A stretch of 64,000 bases of DNA from Rhynchopus sp. YZ270_cl-10 (Eukaryota), in assembly GCA_964035575.1 (NCBI GenBank), contig OZ037842.1, positions 1-64,000 on the forward strand, read 5' to 3'. Within the stretch, counting starts at the first letter, position 1; the number at the start of each line of letters is the position of its first letter. This document shows, piece after piece, positions 1 through 11,216 of the stretch. The translations under genes and the position numbers were made by a program. The notes under the pieces were generated by a model, which saw only the letters and a list, made by a program, of their open reading frames with translations, did not search any database and was not told the origin of the DNA.

Positions 1-1230
1 GGGTTTGCGGGTTTGCGGGTTTGCGGGTTTGCGGGTTTGCGGGTTTGCGGGTTTGCGGGTTTGCGGGTTTGCGGGTTTGCGGGTTTGCGGGTTTGCGGGT
101 TTGCGGGTTTGCGGGTTTGCGGGTTTGCGGGTTTGCGGGTTTGCGGGTTTGCGGGTTTGCGGGTTTGCGGGTTTGCGGGTTTGCGGGTTTGCGGGTTTGC
201 GGGTTTGCGGGTTTGCGGGTTTGCGGGTTTGCGGGTTTGCGGGTTTGCGGGTTTGCGGGTTTGCGGGTTTGCGGGTTTGCGGGTTTGCGGGTTTGCGGGT
301 TTGCGGGTTTGCGGGTTTGCGGGTTTGCGGGTTTGCGGGTTTGCGGGTTTGCGGGTTTGCGGGTTTGCGGGTTTGCGGGTTTGCGGGTTTGCGGGTTTGC
401 GGGTTTGCGGGTTTGCGGGTTTGCGGGTTTGCGGGTTTGCGGGTTTGCGGGTTTGCGGGTTTGCGGGTTTGCGGGTTTGCGGGTTTGCGGGTTTGCGGGT
501 TTGCGGGTTTGCGGGTTTGCGGGTTTGCGGGTTTGCGGGTTTGCGGGTTTGCGGGTTTGCGGGTTTGCGGGTTTGCGGGTTTGCGGGTTTGCGGGTTTGC
601 GGGTTTGCGGGTTTGCGGGTTTGCGGGTTTGCGGGTTTGCGGGTTTGCGGGTTTGCGGGTTTGCGGGTTTGCGGGTTTGCGGGTTTGCGGGTTTGCGGGT
701 TTGCGGGTTTGCGGGTTTGCGGGTTTGCGGGTTTGCGGGTTTGCGGGTTTGCGGGTTTGCGGGTTTGCGGGTTTGCGGGTTTGCGGGTTTGCGGGTTTGC
801 GGGTTTGCGGGTTTGCGGGTTTGCGGGTTTGCGGGTTTGCGGGTTTGCGGGTTTGCGGGTTTGCGGGTTTGCGGGTTTGCGGGTTTGCGGGTTTGCGGGT
901 TTGCGGGTTTGCGGGTTTGCGGGTTTGCGGGTTTGCGGGTTTGCGGGTTTGCGGGTTTGCGGGTTTGCGGGTTTGCGGGTTTGCGGGTTTGCGGGTTTGC
1001 GGGTTTGCGGGTTTGCGGGTTTGCGGGTTTGCGGGTTTGCGGGTTTGCGGGTTTGCGGGTTTGCGGGTTTGCGGGTTTGCGGGTTTGCGGGTTTGCGGGT
1101 TTGCGGGTTTGCGGGTTTGCGGGTTTGCGGGTTTGCGGGTTTGCGGGTTTGCGGGTTTGCGGGTTTGCGGGTTTGCGGGTTTGCGGGTTTGCGGGTTTAC
1201 GGGTTTGCGGGTTTGCGGGTTTGCGGGTTT
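1..1230. repeat. (GGGTTTGC)n octamer tandem array, about 153 units, runs off the window start
   Basis: Perfect 8-bp periodicity with one variant unit GGGTTTAC at ~1193-1200. Confidence 0.99.
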
Positions 1231-2777
1231 CTAATTATTACGGGTTTGAGGGGTACAAAATGGCGACGCTGCGGGATTGCTGGATCGCGTGGTCCCAGTA
1301 TTTCTGATATGACACTCCGGTAGACTGGGGCCCAAAAACGACGTAATGTACTGGGTTTGGATGTTAGCATTTTCTGGCAATATTTTAAAATTAAAAATGA
1401 GTACGAATACCCTGTACTACCATGTATTCTGTATAAAATAGCCGTAAAATTACGCCACATTTAACCACAACTACTCAAAATGTGAAATCTGTTGCTTTAA
1501 TGGACTCATAGAGCATTTTTATAACCTGGACATGGGGGTCAGATTCCACTTTAGAGCACCTAAAATTTGGTCAAAATAATTTTTTTTCACTATTTCTGCC
1601 TCTGGGTATCTAATTATTACGGGTTTGAGGGGTACAAAATGGCGACGCTGCGGGATTGCTGGATCGCGTGGTCCCAGTATTTCTGATATGACACTCCGGT
1701 AGACTGGGGCCCAAAAACGACGTAATGTACTGGGTTTGGATGTTAGCATTTTCTGGCAATATTTTAAAATTAAAAATGAGTACGAATACCCTGTACTACC
1801 ATGTATTCTGTATAAAATAGCCGTAAAATTACGCCACATTTAACCACAACTACTCAAAATGTGAAATCTGTTGCTTTAATGGACTCATAGAGCATTTTTA
1901 TAACCTGGACATGGGGGTCAGATTCCACTTTAGAGCACCTAAAATTTGGTCAAAATAATTTTTTTTCACTATTTCTGCCTCTGGGTATCTAATTATTACG
2001 GGTTTGAGGGGTACAAAATGGCGACGCTGCGGGATTGCTGGATCGCGTGGTCCCAGTATTTCTGATATGACACTCCGGTAGACTGGGGCCCAAAAACGAC
2101 GTAATGTACTGGGTTTGGATGTTAGCATTTTCTGGCAATATTTTAAAATTAAAAATGAGTACGAATACCCTGTACTACCATGTATTCTGTATAAAATAGC
2201 CGTAAAATTACGCCACATTTAACCACAACTACTCAAAATGTGAAATCTGTTGCTTTAATGGACTCATAGAGCATTTTTATAACCTGGACATGGGGGTCAG
2301 ATTCCACTTTAGAGCACCTAAAATTTGGTCAAAATAATTTTTTTTCACTATTTCTGCCTCTGGGTATCTAATTATTACGGGTTTGAGGGGTACAAAATGG
2401 CGACGCTGCGGGATTGCTGGATCGCGTGGTCCCAGTATTTCTGATATGACACTCCGGTAGACTGGGGCCCAAAAACGACGTAATGTACTGGGTTTGGATG
2501 TTAGCATTTTCTGGCAATATTTTAAAATTAAAAATGAGTACGAATACCCTGTACTACCATGTATTCTGTATAAAATAGCCGTAAAATTACGCCACATTTA
2601 ACCACAACTACTCAAAATGTGAAATCTGTTGCTTTAATGGACTCATAGAGCATTTTTATAACCTGGACATGGGGGTCAGATTCCACTTTAGAGCACCTAA
2701 AATTTGGTCAAAATAATTTTTTTTCACTATTTCTGCCTCTGGGTATCTAATTATTACGGGTTTGAGGGGTACAAAAT
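1231..2777. repeat. 379-bp tandem satellite, 4 apparently identical copies plus a 31-bp partial
   Basis: CTAATTATTACGGGTTTGAGGGG starts at 1231, 1610, 1989, 2368 and 2747. Confidence 0.98.
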
Positions 2778-3229
2778 TTCGACCGAGCGCACCCACCACG
2801 CGCAGCGTGGTGGGGGCGCGAGGGAGAGCGGAGCGAGCCTTTATGCGCAGCGTGAAGGCGAGTGGAGCACGGGGGGTCTGGGGGGGCAGTGCCCCCCCAG
2901 AAAAATTTTTGAAGTTAGGCAGTCCTGATTTAGGAGTTTTTTTGTAGATTTGTATGTATTTTTGGGTGAGGGAATGCTCGAGAGAGAGAACATATCAGTG
3001 AAGCGAGGAGGGTGCTCACCAGGATGTCAGGTACTTTAGGTAAGGTTACTGTGTTCGCGTTAGTAGTGTCAGAGCTATTTATACTCACAAGCGCCCTCTA
3101 TTAACATATGTAAGAGTCCTTCTACGTGTACATGCATGAGTAAGTGCAGGTAAATCTATGAGTAATTGCCTTTATAGATACATGGCTTTAAGACTACACC
3201 AAATTGAAATATGTGAAAGTCAGCATTTG

Positions 3230-4850
3230 CGGTGCTGAACCACACAAACCTGCCACAAAAAAGCGAGATAATTTGTAGACATTAGACTCAGAAATGATAT
3301 GGGGCCAAATGAGGTTCAAAACCAGCTCTAACCAATAGCTATCTGGTAGTACTCATTATTGGTAGTGGCCAAATAGTCTGTCTCTCAACCACACCTGAGA
3401 TGTCATGTTTCAGCGAGCTTTATTATAATGGAATATTATGGAAGAGTTTTTCTGGACTAAACCGGTCGGTACAACTCTCTGCCAATTTTTACCAAGACTT
3501 CTTACATACACATGTACCATTATCTACCATTACCTGAAGAGCAAATTATCTTCACACCCACACCGTGAAATAATCTACCGACTTTCTTCACTCCTGAATA
3601 TTATGAGCAAAAGTTCTGTCAAAAACCTGGCACTAAAAGCGAACTGCAGACGTATTTTTATGTTATTATTAGCGGAGGAGCCTTTGAACCACACCATCCT
3701 GCGACACATAATTTTTCTGAGAATCAGTCATTATTAGCGGCGGATCTAAATAGCCTAATAACAATCAGCCTGTTCTACATTAGCAGTGAATATAAGCGGT
3801 GGAGCAAAGTGCCTCTCAACCACACCCTCCTGCTCCTACATTTTAGCAACCTTTCTTCCATGCACAAATGAAATAAATCCGCCAACACTTTAGCAAACTA
3901 TCTTCTCTATTCGAATATGTCAGTATTAATATCATAGAAATAAAATAGTCTCTCATTGAGACTCAACCACATTATTCATTGAAAGATTTTGATTTTTGAT
4001 TCTCCGTAGTCTGTGCGTGCTGTGATGGGGTCAATTTACGCTGCGAAAAGGGTATATTCTTAACCTAAAAATGCATGTATCAGTTTTTATCCACCATATT
4101 ATTTACATGGTGAAACGTTGCGAGCTTTTTTCTCACATATTAGTGATATTGAGCCAAATAGGTTCACAACCACACCAGTCTGTTATGTGGCAGCATATTT
4201 GCTGCGTGAGCAAAATATCCAAATATTCAATAACACGAACCTGCTGTTTTTAGCATAATATTAGAAGCTACATCCTGTCGTAGATTTTATATCCTATACC
4301 CAAATTGTGAACCCAATATCTCCACAGTTAAGTGGTACGTGGGGAAACTCAAATGTCTTCTCACCCAGAGCCTCCTGCCAAATGTTAGTGTTAGAGCTTT
4401 CAATTTTCATAGAAATCTAAAAAATTCGTAGAGGAACAAATATTAGTATAAATTGCGTCAGATCCCAACGTTGCGCGCAGACCATGCCTCCGTTTGTGAG
4501 CTTTTCTGTACTACTACCACCAATGCCTCAACCACACCATTTTAGCAAGCTCTTTTCGCGTTTGTGGCCACACCAGCTTATTGCAGTCAATATTCTCTGC
4601 GGAGCCAAATAGCCTCTCAACTACACAAACCTGCTGTTTTTAGCAGTATTTAGTGCAATCAGTTGTTATTAGAGCCCAAATCCTGCCATAAATAAGCTGC
4701 AGAGCGAAATACCTCTAAACTACACCATCTTGCTACAGTTTATAACACGTTACTATAATCAATTACTCTGTACATATTAATCACTCATGTCAGCAGTATT
4801 CATAATAATTCACGGCGGAGCAAAATGCCTCATACCCACCCCATCATGCC
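3230..4850. repeat. Highly diverged minisatellite with core GCGGAGC(C/A)AAATAGCCTCTCAACCACACC
   Basis: Recognisable cores near 3366, 3672, 3797, 4151, 4520, 4599, 4699 and 4814, with irregular spacing of roughly 60-120 bp multiples. Confidence 0.7.
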
Positions 4851-4992
4851 TCATGCATGCTTTTCCGTGCCATTCAGGTTCTCCAGTGAATTTTAGGTTA
4901 CATTGCGTGTTTACATATCATTACTCATACCTTAATCGCATCAACACAAAGTAGGTATAACCAAACCACATATTAGCGAGCTTTCTTCTTGT

Positions 4993-5203
4993 GCGGGTTT
5001 GCGGGTTTGCGGGTTTGCGGGTTTGCGGGTTTGCGGGTTTGCGGGTTTGCGGGTTTGCGGGTTTGCGGGTTTGCGGGTTTGCGGGTTTGCGGGTTTGCGG
5101 GTTTGCGGGTTTGCGGGTTTGCGGGTTTGCGGGTTTGCGGGTTTGCGGGTTTGCGGGTTTGCGGGTTTGCGGGTTTGCGGGTTTACGGGTTTGCGGGTTT
5201 GCG
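4993..5203. repeat. Second (GGGTTTGC)n array, about 26 units
   Basis: Same octamer, again with one GGGTTTAC variant near its 3' end. Confidence 0.98.
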
Positions 5204-5959
5204 AAAAATACAATATCTCTCAGCAGGGAAGCATGGTCAACAACACATGGCCACTTATGCCCACCCACAAAGCACCAACGGAGGCGGCAGGTGCAACGAA
5301 AAACCACACCAACCAGATAACGCAACCTAGAACCTGCAGATTCCCGCACACCCACACCCACCAGCCAGCTTATCAACCACACCAACCAGATAACGTTGCC
5401 TGAACCCCGCGCACCCGCACAACCACCAGCCGGATAACGCAACCTAGAACCCGCAAACCCGCGCACCCGCGAACCCGCAAACCCGCACCAACCACCAGCC
5501 AGATAACGCAACCTAGAACCAGATAACGTGCCCGAACCCCGAGAACCCTATCAACCACACCAGCCGGATAACGCTGCCCGAACCCCGCGCACCCGCACCA
5601 CCACACCAGCCAGATAATGCAACCTAGAACCCGCAAACCCGCGCACCCGCGAACCCGCAAACCCGCACCAACCACCAGCCAGATAACGCAACCTAGAACC
5701 AGATAACGTGCCCGAACCCCGAGAACCCTATCAACCACACCAACCAGATAACACTGCCCGAACCCCGCGCACCCGCACCACCACACCAGCCGGATAACGC
5801 AACCTAGAACCCGCAAACCCGCGCACCCGCGAACCCGCAAACCCGCACCAACCACCAGCCAGATAACGCAACGTAGAACCAGTGAAGTGCCTGAATAGCA
5901 CCTGAATGGCCACACGAACCTGTAGATAATGACACAAACTAGGTCCAGTGTCTCTCAAG

Positions 5960-6547
5960 ATCGGTCACCAATATTGCCAGACTGGATTGGGTGCACATGG
6001 TGACATAGTGGTACCAAATCGGGTGCACAGGGTGCCCCCAAATGGTGCACAGGGTGCCTTTTGGGCTCTGAATCGGGTGCACAGGGTGCCCCCAAAATAA
6101 GGGTGCACAGGGTGCCCCTGAAAATCGGGTGCACAGGGTGCCCCCAAAAATATGGTGCACAGGGTGCCAATACGGGTTTGCAATCGGGTGAACAGGGTGC
6201 CCCCCACGTTATAAGCCCCGGCTAAAAAGCACCCTGTGCACCCGATTTTTTGGGGGCACCCTGTGCACCCGATCGGCACCCTGTGCACCCGAGTGGCCAA
6301 CGTGGGGGGCACCCTGTGCACCGGATTGCGAACCCATAATGGCACCCTGTGCACCGGATTAAAAGGGGCACCCTGTGCACCGGATTTGTAGGGGCACCCT
6401 GTGCACCGTTTTTTGCGGGCACCCTGTGCACCGGATCCAGTGCCAAAAAGGCACCCTGTGCACCTTTTGGGGGCACCCTGTGCACCGGATTTGGTACCAC
6501 TATGTCACCCTGTGCACCGGATTCAGGCTGCCAATATTGGTCACCGA
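5960..6547. repeat. Inverted array of the motif GGCACCCTGTGCACC (about 8 copies reversed, then about 11 forward)
   Basis: GTGCACAGGGTGCC repeats at 6023-6200 and GCACCCTGTGCAC at 6229-6517. The array is bounded by TCGGTCACCAATATTGCCAG and CTGCCAATATTGGTCACCGA. Confidence 0.9.
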
Positions 6548-7108
6548 GTTTGAGAAACTAGGTTACGGTCTCTGGCTAGTGGTTGTGCGGGTTTGCGGGT
6601 TTGCGGGTGCGCGGGTTTGCGGGTTCTAGGTTGCGTTATCCGGCTGGTGTGGTGGTGCGGGTGCGCGGGGTTCGGGCAACGTTATCTGGCTGGTGTGGTT
6701 GTGCGGGTGCGCGGGGTTCGGGCAACGTTATCTGGTTCTAGGTTGCGTTATCTGGCTGGTGGTTGGTGCGGGTTTGCGGGTTCGCGGGTGCGCGGGTTTG
6801 CGGGTTCTAGGTTGCGTTATCCGGCTGGTGTGGGGGTGCGGGTGCGCGGGGTTCGGGCAACGTTATCTGGTTCGTGGTTGCGTTATCTGGCTGGTGGTTG
6901 GTGCGGGTTTGCGGGATCCAGGTTGCGTTATCCGGCTGGTGTGGTTGTGCGGGTGCGCGGGGTTCGGGCAACGTTATCTGGTGCGGGTGCGCGGGAACCT
7001 GCTGGTTTAGGTTGCGTTATCTGGTTCTAGGTTACGGTATCCGGCTGGTGGTTGGTGCGGGTTTGCGGGTTTGCGGGTGCGCGGGTTTGCGGGTTCTAGG
7101 TTGCGTTA

Positions 7109-7110
<2 letters not shown>

Positions 7111-7144
<34 letters not shown>

Positions 7145-7590
7145 CCCCAGGCTCGCTTTTTTTATCTACATCCAGTGACAGAGGGGGTACTTACTAGTCA
7201 AGCGAGTATGTAAACAGCTAGATGTCCAGACAAGGGCACTTTACTATTGTACTGGCAAGACAGTGCCTGAAAACACAGTTAGTGGCACTAAAATAGAAAG
7301 CATGTGGGACAACTACAACCAACACTTCCCTGCAAATAAGCAAAAGGGTCGTATGTGAGTGCAATTTTTCCCAAAAGGAAAAGGGGAGGGGATGGGACGG
7401 GAGGGTTGCTCTGTCTACCGGTGTAGTTATATTTTGCTTTGTCTTGGGGAGGGGAGGGGAGGAGAAGGAGGGGATTGAGTGAGCCGTTTCCTCTGTAACA
7501 CACAAACAAATAAAAAGGAAGTTCCATAATCTTTTTAGTAGTTTTCTTTTTGGTGAAAATTTTTGAGAACTTCTGTAAGTGTGACCTGAC
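7111..7590 (-). mobile_element. 5'-truncated copy (3' UTR plus poly(A)) of the CRE-like retrotransposon
   Basis: A T32 run, then ~450 bp almost identical to 10244-10691. It is flanked by TTGCGTTATC at 7101-7110 and 7595-7604 (candidate target-site duplication, TSD). Confidence 0.92.
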
Positions 7591-7955
7591 GGGTTTGCGT
7601 TATCCGGCTGGTGTGGTTGTGCGGGTGCTGCTGGGTGTGGTCGATAAGCTGGCAGGTGGGTGCAGGTGTGCAAACCCGCAAACCCGTGGGAATCTGCAGG
7701 TTGCGTTATCTGGTTGGTGTGGTTGTGAGGGTTTTTTGTTGCGCCTGCTGGTTGGTGCTTTGTGGGTGGGCATATGTGGCCATGTGTTGTTGCACCACCA
7801 TGCTTCCCTGAGAGATGGCTTTTTTTCTTGTGTATACTGTTTTCTGTGTATATTTCTTTAGTGAGTTTCTGCTTTATGTGAGGTTCTTGGGCTACTAAAG
7901 TGGTTTGTGTTGTACTAGTCCTCACTGTAATACTATGCTTCCCTGCTGACGGAGG

Positions 7956-8828
7956 GTGTACTGTGTACTGTGTACTGTGTACTGTGTACTGTGTACTGTG
8001 TACTGTGTACTGTGTACTGTGTACTGTGTACTGTGTACTGTGTACTGTGTACTGTGTACTGTGTACTGTGTACTGTGTACTGTGTACTGTGTACTGTGTA
8101 CTGTGTACTGTGTACTGTGTACTGTGTACTGTGTACTGTGTACTGTGTACTGTGTACTGTGTACTGTGTACTGTGTACTGTGTACTGTGTACTGTGTACT
8201 GTGTACTGTGTACTGTGTACTGTGTACTGTGTACTGTGTACTGTGTACTGTGTACTGTGTACTGTGTACTGTGTACTGTGTACTGTGTACTGTGTACTGT
8301 GTACTGTGTACTGTGTACTGTGTACTGTGTACTGTGTACTGTGTACTGTGTAATGTGTACTGTGTACTGTGTACTGTGTACTGTGTACTGTGTACTGTGT
8401 ACTGTGTACTGTGTACTGTGTACTGTGTACTGTGTACTGTGTACTGTGTACTGTGTACTGTGTACTGTGTACTGTGTACTGTGTACTGTGTACTGTGTAC
8501 TGTGTACTGTGTACTGTGTACTGTGTACTGTGTACTGTGTACTGTGTACTGTGTACTGTGTACTGTGTACTGTGTACTGTGTACTGTGTACTGTGTACTG
8601 TGTACTGTGTACTGTGTACTGTGTACTGTGTAATGTGTACTGTGTACTGTGTACTGTGTACTGTGTACTGTGTACTGTGTACTGTGTACTGTGTACTGTG
8701 TACTGTGTACTGTGTACTGTGTACTGTGTACTGTGTACTGTGTACTGTGTACTGTGTACTGTGTACTGTGTACTGTGTACTGTGTACTGTGTACTGTGTA
8801 CTGTGTACTGTGTACTGTGTACTGTGTA
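7956..8828. repeat. (GTACTGT)n heptamer array, about 124 units
   Basis: Perfect 7-bp period with two identical variant units (C to A) at ~8353 and ~8633, 280 bp apart. Confidence 0.99.
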
Positions 8829-8963
8829 GGACTGCCCTCAGAATATGTTTTCCTTGGTCAGAGGCTCCATACAGGTGAAAGGTGAAAAGTTTTCAAGCAG
8901 CAAAAAAAAAAAGTTTTGCCTGTGAAAGTCATAAGGTGCCAATCTCAAGGGCACCCTGTGCAC

Positions 8964-10000
8964 TTTTTTTTCTCTTTTATGTACTTGGTCTTTTTTTGTA
9001 TGTGAGAATAGAAGAAAGGAAAAAGGAAGAATGGAGTAAACAATAAAGACAATAAAATGAACAGGAAAATGGAAAAGGAAAAAGGAAATGAAAAAATGAT
9101 GACCAAAAAAGGTCGGTGTTTCAAGTTTTAGTATAAAAGGTGGGCGGTAAAGTAAAGTAAGTGGCCACTTCCTCCTAAACAAAACAAGAAACTGCATCGT
9201 GTGTTTGTTTTTTATTCTTTTTAATCAATTTGAATACACAGGCGTCACACTTATGGGGCAAAAAAAGGAAAAAAAGAAGACCTAATCCTCCTTACTTAAA
9301 AGAAGGGAAGGGAGAATAAAAAACACACGTGCCCATTGTTTCGTTGTCTGCAGGATGTCTTGTTTTAGTGCCTCACCTGGAAAAAGAAAAATGGATTCCA
9401 CTCAGTAAAAATAGCACACCTGTTGAACACACGTCAGGCCAGGAACAGAAGAAAAGCAAACGCTTCCACGAATGGAAGCAAAAGAAAAGTGTGGTGAAAA
9501 AACCCTTTTGGCCAAGGTGGTCTTGACTCTCTGTCTACATACTTTGGGGATGCATGAAAAAATGAAACTAGATGATAGATAACAAGGAGTGTGCGAGAGT
9601 GGCCCTTCTCCAAGCTAAACAAAAAGCAAACACCCTCCACCCATCTGATCCCGCCCACAAACACAAACAATCACGACAGAAAACAAAACAGGCAGAGGAT
9701 GACCAGGGTAGGTTTTACTTGGACAGCGAACCTCTGCCTTGATTCCTCTCACGCTCAGCAGGCGAGTAGGGACAGTTGCCTCAACTCTCCAGACCTGTGC
9801 TGCAACACAGGCCTGCACCTTTAGCCGCTTTTCGCTTCATGCCCCTCATCTGGCGCACTACTAACGGGGGACGCCCCATGTAGGCACATCGGTAGGATTT
9901 CGTCTTAACATAGTTTTTTGTGTAAAAAAAAATGAACCCCTGTAAAAAAAAATGAACCCCTGTAAAAAAAAATGAACCCCTGTAAAAAAAAATGAACCCC
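8964..10000 (-). mobile_element. Putative non-autonomous (SINE/RIME-like) retroelement, ~1 kb, non-coding
   Basis: It interrupts a block that is contiguous at 21115-21268, with CCCTGTGCAC duplicated at 8954-8963 and 9998-10007 and a short T run at 8964. Its minus-strand 5' end GGGGTTCATTTTTTTTTACACA resembles the large element's GGGGACCATTTTTTACACA. The first 20 nt are repeated 4 times (9921-10000). Confidence 0.7.
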
Positions 10001-10072
10001 TGTGCACCCTTTTTCGGGACCAAAAAAGGCACCCTGTGCACCCTTTCTCGGGGGCCAAAAGCACCCTGTGCA

Positions 10073-10117
<45 letters not shown>

Positions 10118-10184
10118 GCACACTACTTTGTGAGCGGAAAGTGTCACGTCGTTCACTCACCCAACCGTGCTCCGCAACACCACC

Positions 10185-10229
<45 letters not shown>

Positions 10230-11216
10230 GTGTTGTTCAACTTAGCCCTAGGCGCGCTTTTTTTATCTACATCCAGTGACAGAGGGGGTACTTACTAGTC
10301 AAGCGAGTATGTAAACAGCTAGATGTCCAGACAAGGGCACTTTACTATTGTACTGGCAAGACAGTGCCTGAAAACACAGTTAGTGGCACTAAAATAGAAA
10401 GCATGTGGGACAACTACAACCAACACTTCCCTGCAAATAAGCAAAAGGGTAGTATGTGAGTGCAATTTTTCCCAAAAGGAAAAGGGGAGGGGATGGGACG
10501 GGAGGGTTGCTCTGTCTACCGGTGTAGTTTTATTTTGCTTTGTCTTGGGGAGGGGAGGGGAGGAGAAGGAGGGGATTGAGTGAGCCGTTTCCTCTGTAAC
10601 ACACAAACAAATAAAAAGGAAGTTCCATAATCTTTTTAGTAGTTTTCTTTTTGGTGAAAATTTTTGAGAACTTCAGTAAGTGTGACCTGACCCGACTGAC
10701 TGACACCCAAAGGGGAAAACAACAATAACGCACAACAAAATCAACAACAACAATGGTGGGTCTCGTGCTTACCTGTGGTGGTTTTGAAAAATGAAAAATT
10801 GAAATTGACCTTCACAAGGTAAAAATGAAAAACTAAAGGAGTGAAAAAAGGAACTCAAAGGACAAGAGTTCTGTACAAACTCTACTCTACTGCACAATCT
10901 ATAAAAGTGGCCCAATGGCTCCTGATGCCACTGGCCTGGCTCTTAGACAGGTCTTACTCCGAGACTGCCCTCTACCCTCAGAGCCTCGTCCAAGGGGTAA
11001 GGGCCGTCGCTGGGGTAGACCCGTCCTAGCCAGCAGCCAACCAAAAATATTAACAAATAGGAAGGGGGGCGGAAAGGGGGGAAAGGGGGGGCAAACCCCA
11101 AAGGATGAAAAGAACCAAAAACACAAAATAAAAAGGGTTAAAAATAAACATGGGGCAAACTGTCATTCTCTACACGCTTCTACACACACACTCTCACCCT
11201 CTAACTCTCTAACTCT

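Larger units (their letters stand above)
5215..7816. mobile_element. Foldback-like non-coding element with long inverted arms built from ~180-bp tandem subrepeats and an inverted core
   Basis: 5215-5880 is the reverse complement of 6558-7110 plus 7591-7816 (ATCTCTCAG..GGGAAGCATGG / CCATGCTTCCCTGAGAGAT). The 180-bp period is visible at 5461, 5641 and 5821. The core 5960-6547 is itself inverted. Confidence 0.8.

Noticed and set aside
1..1230. Telomere
   Set aside because: A left chromosome end would show the C-rich strand here. The same octamer recurs internally at 4993 and inside the foldback arms.
3230..4850. CRISPR-like repeat-spacer array
   Set aside because: The repeats are too divergent, the spacing is irregular, the context is eukaryotic and there are no cas genes.
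5..8885. Long ORFs in microsatellites and satellites (RVCGFAGL, VYCVLCT, 106-aa repeats)
   Set aside because: They are stop-free by-products of repeat periodicity, mostly open in several frames.
9790..9940. Second HDV-like ribozyme in the short element (GGGCAT..GGCTAA-AGGTGC on the minus strand)
   Set aside because: I could not build a consistent P1/P3/P1.1 with the GGGGTTC 5' end. At best it is a degenerate fold.
10116..10187. tRNA (72 nt)
   Set aside because: There is no acceptor stem, D arm or TTC T-loop on either strand.
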